From Rhizobacter sp. (GTDB lineage Bacteria > Pseudomonadota > Gammaproteobacteria > Burkholderiales > Burkholderiaceae_C): 64,000 bases of DNA. This document shows, piece by piece, positions 26,598 to 36,635 of this stretch; positions within the stretch are counted from its first letter, which is position 1; every line of letters starts with the position of its first letter. Location of the stretch: the NCBI GenBank assembly GCA_025355745.1, contig JANXZA010000072.1:12850-76849 (forward strand), written 5' to 3'. The notes under the pieces were generated by a model. It worked only from the letters and a program-made list of their open reading frames with translations, was not told the origin of the DNA and ran no database searches. The position numbers and the translations under genes were made by a program.

Positions 26598-28691
26598 TCA
26601 TTCACCGGGAGTATCGAAACGGCTGCCCGTTTCCAGGTGATAGCGCTCGACCTTGCGATACAGCGTGCTGCGCGAAACCCCGAGCAAACGCGCCGCCTGC
26701 GCCAGATTGCCGTGCATGCTTTTCACCGCCCGCATGATGGCCTGGCGCTCGGTCTCTTCAAGACTTGAAGCCGGCGGGTTGAGCGCCGGGCTCGGGGTGC
26801 CGGGGTCGATGCCAGGATGCACTGCAGCGGCCCTGATTTCATCCGGCAGTTCGGTGCAGTCCACTTCGTCTTCATTCGAAGTGAGCAGCAGGCTTTCGAC
26901 GGTGTTGCGCAGCTCGCGCACATTACCGGGCCAGGCATAGGCCCGCAGCAGGGCCATCACCGCCGGGCCGAAGGTGCGGCCGGCGGTGACGTGACGCTCG
27001 GCCAGGCTGCGGTTGAAATGCTCGGTGAGAAGTTCGATGTCGGACACACGTTCGCGCAGCGCCGGCACGCGGATGGCGGTCACGCTGATGCGGTGGTAAA
27101 GGTCGCGGCGGAACCGCCCGGCCTCGACTTCCTTCAGCAGGTCGCGGTTCGTCATCGCCAGCAGCCGCACATCGACGCGGCGCGGCTTGGCTTCGCCGAG
27201 CCGGCAGACCACACCTTCCTCCAGGCAGCGCAGCAGGATCGGTTGCAGCTCAAGCGGCAGTTCGCCGATCTCGTCAAGGCACAGCGTGCCGCCATGGGCC
27301 AGCTCGAAGCGCCCGGCGCGGCCTTCGGCGGTGGCGCCGGTGTAGGCACCGCGCACATGACCGAAGAGTTCGCTGCCGATCAGCTCGCGCGACGTGGCGC
27401 CGCAATTGAAGGTGATGAACGGGCCGCTGCGCCGGGCCTCACCATGGATCGCGCGGGCAAAAAGTTCCTTGCCGACACCGGTCTCGCCCTGAATCAACAC
27501 CCCGACCCGCCGGCGGCTGAGCAGCTGCGCGCGATCGATGGCAACCCGCAACGCCTTGCTGTGGCCGAGCAGGTTGGCGAAGTCGCTGCGCGACGGGTCG
27601 ATCTCCGACTCGCCCCCGCCACTGCCGGCGCCGGCGCCGCTGCCTGAGCCGGTGCCACTGCCCGTGCCAGCGCTGGCACGGGCAGTGGCGGCATCGACCA
27701 GGGACTGCACCGGCATCACGTTGCCCGGCCGCTTCGGCACCACCAGCAAGGCGCCGATCGCCCTGCCAGCAACCCTGACCGGGTGCAGCCATTCCGGGCG
27801 CAGCGCCTCAGGCAGATGGCGTGCCCACTCTTGCGGGTCACGCTGCGGGTCGAGGCCGGGCGGGCAGGTGCCCAGACGCCATTCCAGACTTGGCAGGCTG
27901 CCGCTGACGTGGATAAGCCGGGCATTGGAGTCGAGCACCAGCATCCCCGCCGTGGTGCTGGAAGCGTTGAACTTGATGCTGGCTTCGAGCAACTGCACAT
28001 GCTCGCGACTGGCCCTTTCGGCCAGCATCGCTTCCATCTGGCGCGCGGCCGTCAGGGCCAGCACCAGGTTGCCGCGCTGGTAGGTAGAAGGTGGCCCGGA
28101 AATGTCGATCACGCCCAGCACCCGTTCCGTGCCGGGCAGGAACACCGGCGAGGCGGCGCAGGTCCAGCGCTTGATGCCCTCGCCGAAGTGTTCGGCGGCG
28201 TGCACCTGCACTGGCTGGCGGGTTGCCAGCGCGGTACCGATGCCGTTCGTGCCGACCACGCTCTCGTGCCATTGGCCGCCCTCGACGAGGTGCACATCCT
28301 GGGCCGCTTCAAGCGTGTGCATGTCGCCGGCCACTTCGAGCACGACGCCGTTCGGGTCGGTCAACAGCAGGATCGAGCCCGAGCGTGCGAGCAAATGTGC
28401 CGTCGTCAGGAACAGCCCTTGCGCGGCCCAGAGCAGGTCCTGGTTGTTGCGGCGCAGGGCCGCCAGGGCGTCGCCGCCGGTCACCAGCGGGGCCAGCCGG
28501 GTGCGCGGCTCGACACCGGCGCGCAGGCTGCGTTGCCATGACGACAGCACGAGCTTGGACACCGCTGTGGCGGCCAGCGGCGCCCCAGTGACGAAGTTTT
28601 CCCAGGCCATCATGACCTGGCGTTCGACCGTCGACTCCATCACGAGAACGGAGGCACTGACGGGGTTCCGGGCGGCTTGCGGCGCTCCCAT
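26598..28691 (-). CDS. Sigma-54-dependent activator, GAF-AAA+-Fis HTH (AcoR/PrmR/MimR-like)
   Basis: [12 protein letters not shown], Walker [15 protein letters not shown] loop, [19 protein letters not shown]-terminal [20 protein letters not shown]. Start uncertain (28691 or 28724). Confidence 0.93.
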   Translation of the reverse strand: MGAPQAARNPVSASVLVMESTVERQVMMAWENFVTGAPLAATAVSKLVLSSWQRSLRAGVEPRTRLAPLVTGGDALAALRRNNQDLLWAAQGLFLTTAHLLARSGSILLLTDPNGVVLEVAGDMHTLEAAQDVHLVEGGQWHESVVGTNGIGTALATRQPVQVHAAEHFGEGIKRWTCAASPVFLPGTERVLGVIDISGPPSTYQRGNLVLALTAARQMEAMLAERASREHVQLLEASIKFNASSTTAGMLVLDSNARLIHVSGSLPSLEWRLGTCPPGLDPQRDPQEWARHLPEALRPEWLHPVRVAGRAIGALLVVPKRPGNVMPVQSLVDAATARASAGTGSGTGSGSGAGAGSGGGESEIDPSRSDFANLLGHSKALRVAIDRAQLLSRRRVGVLIQGETGVGKELFARAIHGEARRSGPFITFNCGATSRELIGSELFGHVRGAYTGATAEGRAGRFELAHGGTLCLDEIGELPLELQPILLRCLEEGVVCRLGEAKPRRVDVRLLAMTNRDLLKEVEAGRFRRDLYHRISVTAIRVPALRERVSDIELLTEHFNRSLAERHVTAGRTFGPAVMALLRAYAWPGNVRELRNTVESLLLTSNEDEVDCTELPDEIRAAAVHPGIDPGTPSPALNPPASSLEETERQAIMRAVKSMHGNLAQAARLLGVSRSTLYRKVERYHLETGSRFDTPGE

Positions 28692-28827
28692 GGTGTGGTT
28701 CGGATGGATGGATGTCTCCCTCAATGCCGCACGCCGCGCTCAGTGCGCGCCGCCGCCATCGCCATCGTCAAATGAGCTGGCCATCTAACGAGGCCAGTGC
28801 ACACTGCTGTCTAGTTTTGTCCTCGGA

Positions 28828-30243
28828 TTATGTCTTTGAAACAGAGTCAACTGGCGCATCTTGCAACGGGTAATGCAACGGCGCAATCGCCACCCAGGCC
28901 AGCAAGGCGCTGCACAGCATGGCGGTCAGGCCGACCGCGATACGCCCCACCCCTGCACCGGCCGGCGCGAGCGCCTGCATCACAAGCCAGCCGTTCAGCC
29001 CGACGATCAGCACAGCCGCCGCGCAGGCCAGTCGACGCAGCCAGCGCGGACTGATGAATTCGCCCATGATGCGGCGCGAGCTGGTGAAGCGGATCAGCGG
29101 CACGATGGCGAACGGCAACTGCAGGCTCAGCACCACCTGGCTCATCACCAGCAACTGCAGCACGCCGGTCTCGCCCGAGTACAAGAGCACGCCGACGGCT
29201 GGAACGATGGCCAGTGCGCGGGTCAGCAGGCGGCGCTTGATCGGGCTCATGCGCAACTGCACAAAGCCTTCCATCACGACCTGCCCGGCCAGCGTTCCGG
29301 TGATGGTGGAACTCTGCCCCGCCGCAAGCAACGCAACTGCGAACGCGGTCGATGCGAGCGCGGTGCCGAGCGCCGGCGTGAGCAATTCGTGCGCCTGACG
29401 CAGCTCGGTCACCACCACGCCGTGGGCGAAGAAGGTCGAGGCCGACAGCGCCAGGATGGCGGCGTTGATGATGAAGGCGATGTTCAGCGCCAGTGCCGTG
29501 TCGAGCAGGTTGTAGCGGATCGCCTCGCGCTTGCCCGCGGCGGTTGGCTCGATGCGCCGCGTCTGCACCAGCGATGAATGCAGGTACAGGTTGTGCGGCA
29601 TCACCGTCGCCCCCAGGATGCCCACGGCCACCAGCAGGCTGGCCGCGTCCAGCCTCGGCACGAAGCCGCCGGCCACGTCGCCCCACACCGGCCGCGCCAG
29701 CACCAGCTCGATCGCCATGCAGGCGCCGATGGTCAGCACCAGCACCGCGACGATCGCTTCGAGCTTTCTTACGCCGTAGTGCTGCAGCGCCAGGATGAGC
29801 ATCACGTCCAGGCCGGTGACCAGCGCGCCCCAGGCCAGCGGCAGACCGAACAGCAGGTTCAGCGCGATCGCGCTGCCGAGCAGCTCGGCCAGGTCGCAGG
29901 CGATGATCGCCACTTCGCACAGCAGCCACAGCGCCATCGCCACCGGCCAGGCGTAGTGGGCGCGGCAGGCTTGCGCCAGGTCGACGCGCCCGGCAATGCC
30001 GAGCCGCGCGGCCAGGCTTTGCAGCACCATCGCGATCAGGTTCGACGCCAGCAGCACCCACATCAGCTGGTAGCCGAAGCGCGCCCCGCCTTCGAGGTCG
30101 GTGGCCCAGTTGCCGGGATCCATGTAGCCGACGCTGATCATCGCCGCCGGCCCGGCGAAGCCGAGCACGCGCCAGCGCCCGGGCGCGTCCATGCGCCCGG
30201 GCACATGCAGGCGCATGTCGACCGTGTGCTCCAGGTTCGTCAC
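28828..30243 (-). CDS. mntH: Nramp family divalent metal transporter
   Basis: SVGYMDPGNWATD and GATVMPHNLYLHS Nramp signatures. Confidence 0.93.
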   Translation of the reverse strand: MTNLEHTVDMRLHVPGRMDAPGRWRVLGFAGPAAMISVGYMDPGNWATDLEGGARFGYQLMWVLLASNLIAMVLQSLAARLGIAGRVDLAQACRAHYAWPVAMALWLLCEVAIIACDLAELLGSAIALNLLFGLPLAWGALVTGLDVMLILALQHYGVRKLEAIVAVLVLTIGACMAIELVLARPVWGDVAGGFVPRLDAASLLVAVGILGATVMPHNLYLHSSLVQTRRIEPTAAGKREAIRYNLLDTALALNIAFIINAAILALSASTFFAHGVVVTELRQAHELLTPALGTALASTAFAVALLAAGQSSTITGTLAGQVVMEGFVQLRMSPIKRRLLTRALAIVPAVGVLLYSGETGVLQLLVMSQVVLSLQLPFAIVPLIRFTSSRRIMGEFISPRWLRRLACAAAVLIVGLNGWLVMQALAPAGAGVGRIAVGLTAMLCSALLAWVAIAPLHYPLQDAPVDSVSKT

Positions 30244-30265
30244 CGGCGCGGCCCCGCAGGCTGCG

Positions 30266-30406
30266 TCAACGCAGCACCTGCAACATCACCTCGTTGACCA
30301 GGATCGCGACGCCGCCGGCGCTGATGAGCAGGCCCACCAGGCGCCGCAAGCGCCTGCCTTGCGGCGTTCCTTGCGGCGTTTCCTGCGGCCGCTCCGGCTG
30401 CTTCAC
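30266..30406 (-). CDS. Putative 46-aa single-TM small protein (not in ORF track)
   Basis: GTG start overlaps the groEL TGA (GTGA). Translation MKQPERPQETPQGTPQGRRLRRLVGLLISAGGVAILVNEVMLQVLR; GC3-rich codons; ends 22 bp before mntH. Confidence 0.55.
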   Translation of the reverse strand: MKQPERPQETPQGTPQGRRLRRLVGLLISAGGVAILVNEVMLQVLR

Positions 30407-32040
30407 TTGCGCCCCAGCAGTTCGGCCCCGCCGCCCAATGCCGGGCCGGCGGTCGGGTCGATGTGGTCGGGCTTCTTCGCAATCAGCGTCTGCGTGGTCA
30501 GGATCAGCCCGGCCACCGACGCTGCATTGCGCACCGCGCTGTAGCTCACCTTCACCGGGTCGATGATGCCGGCGGCAACGAGGTCGACGAAGCGCCCGCT
30601 GCGCGCATCCAGCCCGACACCGACCTTCGCATCGAGCGTCTTGCGCAGCGCCACCAGCGGGTCCAGCCCGCAGTTCGCGGCGATGTGGTGCAGCGGCTGG
30701 TGCAGTGCCCGCTGCAGCAGCTTCACGCCTTGCTGCACGTGGCCTTCGGTGCGCGAAGACAGGTCGTCGAGCTCGCTCGCCACCCGCAACAGCGCCAGCC
30801 CGCCGCCCGGCACCACGCCCTCGGCGATGGCCGCGCGCGCCGCGTTGATCGCGTCTTCGATCAGGTGCAGCCGGCGCTTCTGCTCGACCGGCGTGGCGCC
30901 GCCGGCGAGCAGCACCGCCGTGCCGCCGGAGAGCTTGGACAGGCGCTCCTTGATCTTGTCGCGCTCGATGTTCTCGGGCGCGAGCTCATGCTGACGCTGC
31001 ACCTGAACGCGGCGCGCATTGATCAGGTCCGGGTCGCCGTTGCCGGCGGTGATCACGGTCTGGTTCGACGAAATACGCACCTGCCGCGCACTGCCCAGAT
31101 CGCGCAGCTGCACGCCCGCGATGCTGCCGCCCAGGTCGCGCGCAATCACCCGCCCGCCGGTCAGGATCGCCAGGTCTTCGAGCGCCGCCTTGCGCCAGTG
31201 GCCGTACTCGGGCGGGTGGATCGCTGCCACCACCGGGCCGCCCTTGTCGCGCCAGGTCAGCAGGCCGATCACGCAGACCGGCGCCACCTCTTCGGCGATC
31301 ACCAGCAAGGGCCGCTTCGAGTCGGCCACCAGCGTGATGATCGCGCCCAGTTCGTCCTGCGTCATCAGGCGCTGGTCGGTCATCAGGATGTAGGGGTTGT
31401 CGAGCACCACCTGCATCTTTTCGACGTCGGTGATCATGTGATGCGACAGGTAGCCGCGGTCGAACGCCATGCCGTCGACGATGTCGAGCAGGGTCTCGAC
31501 CGTGCTGCCGTATTCGACATCGACGATGCCGTCGGCGCCGACCCGTTCCAGCGCCTCGGCCACCAGCAGCCCGGTCGGGTCGTCGTTGGCCGCCACCATC
31601 GCCACCGCGCGCAACTCGACCCCGCCGCTCAAGGGCCGGGCGCTGCGCTTCAGCGCCGCGATCACCTCGGTTACCGCCAGCTCCAGCCCCTCGACCAGCT
31701 CGACCGGGCTGGCGCCCTTGGCCAGGCAGGCCAGGCCGTCCTGCACCAGCGCGTCGGCCAGCACGGTGGCCGTGGTGGTGCCGTCGCCGGCAACCATGTT
31801 GGTCTGCTTCGACACCTCGCGCAGCACTTGCGCGCCCATGTTCTCGAACGGGTCCTCGAGCTCGATCTCGGCCGCGATGCTGGCGCCGTCGCGCGAGATC
31901 ATCGGCGTGCCGATCGGCCGGTCGATGATGGCGTTCAGGCCGCGCGGGCCGAGCGTGCCGCGCACCGCACGGGCCATCTTCGCAACGCCTCGGCCGAGCG
32001 CCTGGCGGGCATCGTCGTCGTGCAGCATGATGTTGGGCAT
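30403..32040 (-). CDS. groEL: Monooxygenase-associated GroEL-like chaperonin (PrmG/MimG/MmoG type)
   Basis: GTLGPRGLN, AGDGTTTATVLA, GMAFDRGYLS, EGVVPGGG; divergent, lacks the GGM tail, no groES adjacent. Confidence 0.92.
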   Translation of the reverse strand: MPNIMLHDDDARQALGRGVAKMARAVRGTLGPRGLNAIIDRPIGTPMISRDGASIAAEIELEDPFENMGAQVLREVSKQTNMVAGDGTTTATVLADALVQDGLACLAKGASPVELVEGLELAVTEVIAALKRSARPLSGGVELRAVAMVAANDDPTGLLVAEALERVGADGIVDVEYGSTVETLLDIVDGMAFDRGYLSHHMITDVEKMQVVLDNPYILMTDQRLMTQDELGAIITLVADSKRPLLVIAEEVAPVCVIGLLTWRDKGGPVVAAIHPPEYGHWRKAALEDLAILTGGRVIARDLGGSIAGVQLRDLGSARQVRISSNQTVITAGNGDPDLINARRVQVQRQHELAPENIERDKIKERLSKLSGGTAVLLAGGATPVEQKRRLHLIEDAINAARAAIAEGVVPGGGLALLRVASELDDLSSRTEGHVQQGVKLLQRALHQPLHHIAANCGLDPLVALRKTLDAKVGVGLDARSGRFVDLVAAGIIDPVKVSYSAVRNAASVAGLILTTQTLIAKKPDHIDPTAGPALGGGAELLGRK

Positions 32041-32067
32041 GGGGAAGGTCTCCTCTGGCGTGGTGGG

Positions 32068-32877
32068 TCAGCGCGCGTGCGCTTCCGGGTGCGTTACCTT
32101 GGCCGCTCGTGCGGACGTTTCTATCGGCCGGCGCACGATGTGGATCGGCTGCACACCAGCCTCGCCGTAGCGCACGGCGAGCAAGCCGCGGCAGAGCACG
32201 CCGTTGAACTCGGCGTTCACGGCCACGCGGCGCAGATCGCGCACATGGCCGGGCAGGGCTTCGGCGCTGATGGCGCGGCCGTCGATGTCGACGAAGGCCT
32301 CGGCGCCGCCGCCCACCAGGTCGCGCCGTTCGAGATAGCGCTCGACCAGGCGCTCGCCCTCGGCATCGAGCGCCAGCGTCGGCAAGGCTTCGGTGTCGAG
32401 TGCGACCACCGCTGCGGCAGTGCGCCCGGCATCGAGCAAATGCTGCAGCAAGGCCGCCTGACGGCGCTGAAACGCCTTCAGCAGGAAGGTGCGACGCAGC
32501 GATTCGAGGTCGCCTTCGGAATCACTGCCGAAGGTCGCCTGAAAGCCGTTGCCGTCGGCCACGCCGCGGTTGATGGCCTCGGCGTACATGTGTTCGCCCA
32601 GCTGTACCTGCACCCGGGTCACCCACGCCAGGCGCTTGACTGCGCGGCGCATGTCATCGGCCATCAGGAACGCGAAGTTGGCGGCGCACCAATAGGTCGG
32701 CAGGCGAAAGCCGATCCGCACCTCGCCGTTGCGCGCGCCGTCGAACAACTCGACTTCGGTGACGAAGCCGAGCTCCGTCACCGACTCATCCAGCTCCGGG
32801 TCGACCACCGTCGCCAGGCAGGCCTGCACCTGCTCGGCACGGTTCGAGGGGTCGAGCCTGACGCGCACCGGGGCCAT
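32068..32877 (-). CDS. DUF59 / MIP18-like metal-sulfur cluster assembly protein
   Basis: VVDPELDESVTELGFV, FRLPTYWCAANFAFLM; such genes usually accompany prm clusters. Confidence 0.85.
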   Translation of the reverse strand: MAPVRVRLDPSNRAEQVQACLATVVDPELDESVTELGFVTEVELFDGARNGEVRIGFRLPTYWCAANFAFLMADDMRRAVKRLAWVTRVQVQLGEHMYAEAINRGVADGNGFQATFGSDSEGDLESLRRTFLLKAFQRRQAALLQHLLDAGRTAAAVVALDTEALPTLALDAEGERLVERYLERRDLVGGGAEAFVDIDGRAISAEALPGHVRDLRRVAVNAEFNGVLCRGLLAVRYGEAGVQPIHIVRRPIETSARAAKVTHPEAHAR

Positions 32878-32882
32878 GGCGT

Positions 32883-33914
32883 TCAGGCCGGCACCGCGAC
32901 GCGGGCCGCTGCCGGCTCCTTGGCGAGCAGGCGCTTCTGCGCGGCGATGTCGATGTCGTAGAGCCGCGCTGCGTTCAAGCCGAGGATCTTCTTCTTCGCT
33001 TCCAGATCGAGCACCGCGCCGGTCTCGGCCACGATGTCGGCCGGCAGCTCGAAGGCCATGAAGGCCTTGACCAGCCAGTCAGGGGTCCAGATGCCGTAGT
33101 CGCTGCCGTAGAGCAGCTTGTCCGGCCCGAGCCACATCAGCAGTTGCGACAACACATGGGCGAAGTACTTCGGCTGCTTCTGGATGAAGGGCAACGCCAC
33201 CGCCAGGCCGCCGTAGACGTTCGTCTCCTGCGTCGCGATCCAGCAGAAGTCGTCCAGGCGCGGCAGGCCGCAGTGTTCGACGATGAAGTTCAGGCCCTGG
33301 AAGTTCGTCGCGGCGATGTCGATGTCGGCCACGTCGAAGGCGTCGCGGTCGAGCGGCAGGATCGTCGGGCCCTTGTGCACGTGGATGTTCTTCACGCCGA
33401 GCTTTTCGGCCAGCGCCAGGTACTTCTCGGCCCACGGATCACTCAGCTTGTAGCCCCGGCTCGCGCCCTTCCACTCGGCCGTGTAGAGCTTCACGCCTTT
33501 CAGCTTGTGGGTGGCCACCAGCTCCTCGAACTTGGCCAGGCCGGCGGCCTCGTCGCGCGGGTCGAAGGCACCGTTCAGGATGAAGCGGTTCGGGTGCTTG
33601 GCCTTCAGCACCGCGTTCTGCTCGGTGGTGTTGAAGCCGTTGACGTAGAAGTCGGTCAGGTAGGTGGGCTGGAAGATCGCCATGTCGTCCGGGCCATCGA
33701 CGAACAGGTCTTGATACAGCTGCTCGCCGCCGTACTGGTCGAACTTCTCGCGCGTCCAGAGCTTTTCCTTCGGGCTCAGGAACGAGTGGTACGCAAAGAA
33801 GCAGTTGATGAATTGCTCGCCATGCAGATTCTTCTGGTTCGCCTTGGTGGCGTTCCAGTTGTGCACGTGGCCGTCGATGACGAAGATCTCTTCGCCGGAT
33901 GCAGTTTTGAACAT
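32883..33914 (-). CDS. Amidohydrolase_2 family protein associated with propane monooxygenase
   Basis: IDGHVH, HVHKGP, VEHCG, LYGSDY. Confidence 0.88.
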   Translation of the reverse strand: MFKTASGEEIFVIDGHVHNWNATKANQKNLHGEQFINCFFAYHSFLSPKEKLWTREKFDQYGGEQLYQDLFVDGPDDMAIFQPTYLTDFYVNGFNTTEQNAVLKAKHPNRFILNGAFDPRDEAAGLAKFEELVATHKLKGVKLYTAEWKGASRGYKLSDPWAEKYLALAEKLGVKNIHVHKGPTILPLDRDAFDVADIDIAATNFQGLNFIVEHCGLPRLDDFCWIATQETNVYGGLAVALPFIQKQPKYFAHVLSQLLMWLGPDKLLYGSDYGIWTPDWLVKAFMAFELPADIVAETGAVLDLEAKKKILGLNAARLYDIDIAAQKRLLAKEPAAARVAVPA

Positions 33915-33928
33915 GGTGCGTCCCGTCC

Positions 33929-34291
33929 TTATGCGTAAGCGACGTAAGCCATCGCAGCGTTCATGTCACCGAACAGAATCACGGTGTTCTCGTCGATCGT
34001 GACCATGCGGCCGTAGTGGGTCGAGGTGGCGATCTCGAACAACTGGGCCGTCATTTCGCGGCCGAGTTCCTCGCCGATCTCGTCCATCCTGAACTCGATC
34101 TGGCCGTCGCCGTCGATGCGGATCATCGCCGGCATGTAGGTCACGCGGATGCCGGGCTTGGTGGCCATCAGTTCGGCGATGGCGCGCGCTTCGACGCTGT
34201 CGTTCATCGTCACGCCGCATTGGTGCGAGACGGTGCCCTTGAACTCCAGGTCCTTGAAGGCCTTGAAGATGTTGTCGGTGTGGTCAGACAT
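33929..34291 (-). CDS. prmD: Monooxygenase coupling/effector protein (MmoB/DmpM family)
   Basis: SHQCGVTMNDSVEA..PAMIRIDG..FEIATSTHYGRM; GGAGG RBS before ATG 34291. Confidence 0.9.
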   Translation of the reverse strand: MSDHTDNIFKAFKDLEFKGTVSHQCGVTMNDSVEARAIAELMATKPGIRVTYMPAMIRIDGDGQIEFRMDEIGEELGREMTAQLFEIATSTHYGRMVTIDENTVILFGDMNAAMAYVAYA

Positions 34292-34316
34292 GGTGCTTCC
34301 TCCGGGTGATGTGGTG

Positions 34317-35438
34317 TCAGGCGCTGATCGAGGCGGGCAGGTCGAGGCCGAGTTGGCTTGCGATGTTGCGCATGCGATCGACCGACGCGGCATAGGCATC
34401 GGTAAAGTGCGCCACCTTGGTGTGCGGCAGCGACCAGATCGGCTGCAGGTTCTTCGCTGCCGCCACGGCCAGGTCGCCGTAGGTCTTGAGCCAGCGGTTG
34501 AACAGCGCGGTGTTGTGCGCCGCGTGCACCGGGTCGCTGACCAGCATGTGCAGCATCTCGACCGTGTTCGCCAGGTTGCGCTGGTAGTCGCCCTCGGCCG
34601 ACGAAACCACGGTGGGCGTGATGAAGTCGTTTTGCGAGGCTGCCGCCTGCATCACGAAGCCGCTGCGGAACAGCTCGCCGACGAGCGGCTCGAACACGAT
34701 GTTGATGGCGAAGTATTTCTCGAGGAAATCTTCGGCGCCGCCGATGGTCTCGACCAACTGGCGCGTCGGCTGCCAGATCGGGTCTTCCATCCAATGCGTC
34801 TTGCCGACTTCGGCGTCGAAGCCGGGAATGTCCAGACCGATGTCGCCGAGGTACAAGGTCAGGTCTTGCGAGAAGCGGAACTTGTACGACGAGTTCGTCA
34901 GGATGGTCGAGTTGACCATCTGCGTGTAGCCGTAGCGCTGCGCGTGCATCAGCGAGGTGGCCAGGCCGAACTCGGCATGCTTGTAGGCGCCGAGGTGCTT
35001 TTCCAGCACCTTCACCCAGGCCTTGTCGAAGCGGCCGGGTGCGCCCGAGCGGCGGCCGTTCTCGACCGCCTGCGCGATCATTCCGCAGATCGTCGACTGG
35101 CGCTGGTAGTGGGTGCGCTCCCATTCTTCATCGACCGCGCGGTAGGCGTGCCAGTCGCTCGACAAGGCGGCCGTCCACTTCTCTGAATACGTCGGCGTGC
35201 CGTCGGCGAACGCGATGATCCAGTCTTGCAGCAGGTAGCGCTTCGGGTCGGGCTGGACGTCGAGCGTCATGTCCTCGTAGTGCGTCGCCTTGCGGCCCTT
35301 CGGCGTGTAGTAGTTGTACTTGCGGCTGTCCGAACCGGCAAACTTGGCCGCGCCGGCAGCGCCTGAATTCAGCTCGGTGTAGGCGACAGTTGGGGGCAGG
35401 GCGGCGGTGGCTTTGACGGGGGCGGTAGCAGTGGTCAT
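34317..35438 (-). CDS. prmC: Soluble di-iron monooxygenase hydroxylase small (beta) subunit
   Basis: THYEDMTLDVQPDP, WERTHYQRQS, IVFEPLVGELFRSGF; position in prmABCD order. Confidence 0.9.
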   Translation of the reverse strand: MTTATAPVKATAALPPTVAYTELNSGAAGAAKFAGSDSRKYNYYTPKGRKATHYEDMTLDVQPDPKRYLLQDWIIAFADGTPTYSEKWTAALSSDWHAYRAVDEEWERTHYQRQSTICGMIAQAVENGRRSGAPGRFDKAWVKVLEKHLGAYKHAEFGLATSLMHAQRYGYTQMVNSTILTNSSYKFRFSQDLTLYLGDIGLDIPGFDAEVGKTHWMEDPIWQPTRQLVETIGGAEDFLEKYFAINIVFEPLVGELFRSGFVMQAAASQNDFITPTVVSSAEGDYQRNLANTVEMLHMLVSDPVHAAHNTALFNRWLKTYGDLAVAAAKNLQPIWSLPHTKVAHFTDAYAASVDRMRNIASQLGLDLPASISA

Positions 35439-35456
35439 CGGGTTGTCTCCTCAGGG

Positions 35457-36524
35457 TCAATGAACGAGATTTGGCGTGCTCGCGCTCGCCGGCGTGAACT
35501 TGTCTACATACGTGTGGTCAAGGGCGATGCCCAGGCGCCGCAGCACCGGCAGCACCGCGTCAATCATGGGTGGCGGCCCGCAGGTATAGGCGTCGAGTTC
35601 ACCGGGCAGGGCCTGTTCGCGCAGGATGCGCTCGACCGCCTCGTGGACGAAGCCGGTCTCGCCGCTCCAGGCATCGGCTTCGGTCGCCTGCGACAGCACC
35701 GGAATGAATTCAAAATCGACGAGCTTCGCAGCCACAGCTGCAAACTCGGCGAGAAAGAACAGGTCCTTGCGGGTGCGCGCGCCGTAGAAGAACCGGATCG
35801 GCCGCTGCTCGCCGCTTTCAATGTGGTCTTGCAGGATCGCCCAGAGCGGCGACATGCCCGAGCCACCACCGACCAGAACCATCGGCCCGGCACGCCCCTC
35901 GCGGCGAAAGCACATGCCGAACGGGCCTTTCAGGGTGACGGCCGTGCCAGGTGTCAATGTGCTGTCGATCAGCGAGGAAAACGCGCCGTCGGGGTACTTG
36001 CGGATGATGAATTGCAGCGTCTTCGGCGTGCTCTGGGTGCTGGCCATCGAGTACGAGCGGGCCACGATGGAAGCTCCACTCGGCACGCCGATCTCCACGA
36101 ACTGGCCGGCCCAGAATTTCATCGGCCGCTCGAGCTGCACCTCAAGCAGCCGCGTGTCGTGGGTCAGGGAGGTCACGGCGCTGAGCACGCCATCGAACGT
36201 CTTCACCGCGATGGCGCGACGCATCAGGTCTTCGTCGAAGTTCAGCAACTCGATCGTCACGTCGCTGAAGGCATAGCTGCGACACAGCAGGATGTGGCCG
36301 GTCTCGCGCTCGTAGTCGGCCAGCGCGAAGGTCGAGTAGTCCTGGACCTCGATGTCGCCGTCGACCAGCAAACATTTGCAGCTGCTGCACTGGCCTTCGC
36401 GACAGCCGTGCGGCACGGCAATGCCCTGGCGAAAAGCGGCGTCCAGCAGCCATTCGCCTTCCTCGACCTCCATTTCCACACCGACCGGTTCGAACCGCAC
36501 GGTGTGGACCGTCTTCTCAGACAT
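35457..36524 (-). CDS. prmB: Monooxygenase reductase (2Fe-2S / FAD / NAD)
   Basis: CREGQCSSCK..C ferredoxin, RSYSMAS, GGGSGMSP, YTCGPPPM. Confidence 0.93.
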   Translation of the reverse strand: MSEKTVHTVRFEPVGVEMEVEEGEWLLDAAFRQGIAVPHGCREGQCSSCKCLLVDGDIEVQDYSTFALADYERETGHILLCRSYAFSDVTIELLNFDEDLMRRAIAVKTFDGVLSAVTSLTHDTRLLEVQLERPMKFWAGQFVEIGVPSGASIVARSYSMASTQSTPKTLQFIIRKYPDGAFSSLIDSTLTPGTAVTLKGPFGMCFRREGRAGPMVLVGGGSGMSPLWAILQDHIESGEQRPIRFFYGARTRKDLFFLAEFAAVAAKLVDFEFIPVLSQATEADAWSGETGFVHEAVERILREQALPGELDAYTCGPPPMIDAVLPVLRRLGIALDHTYVDKFTPASASTPNLVH

Positions 36525-36586
36525 GACTGTCCCTTGTCTAGTGCTGGATGCTTGTTGTCGTTTCTTGTCGTCGCCGGTGGCCGCCG

Positions 36587-36605
36587 CCGACCCGAAGGGG
36601 GTCGG
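36587..36605. other. GC-rich intercistronic stem-loop between prmA and prmB
   Basis: CCGACCC-GAAGG-GGGTCGG perfect 7-bp stem, extendable; no U-tract, so more likely an mRNA stabiliser than a terminator. Confidence 0.4.
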
Positions 36606-36635
36606 GGGCGGCGTCGGCAGTGACGAACGCGCGGG

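Noticed and set aside
28855-28870. Sigma-54-like TGGCGCATCTTGCA on the plus strand
   Set aside because: GG-GC spacing is two bases short, and it lies inside the mntH 3-prime end pointing away from any plus-strand gene.
30403-32040. Housekeeping groESL operon
   Set aside because: No groES, divergent sequence without the GGM tail, embedded in the monooxygenase operon.
30463-32961. 832-aa plus-strand ORF (also 3531-5735, 9195-11105, 13413-15710 and minus-strand 24251-26332)
   Set aside because: All lie antisense to well-supported genes and have R/A/G-rich composition without recognisable domains.
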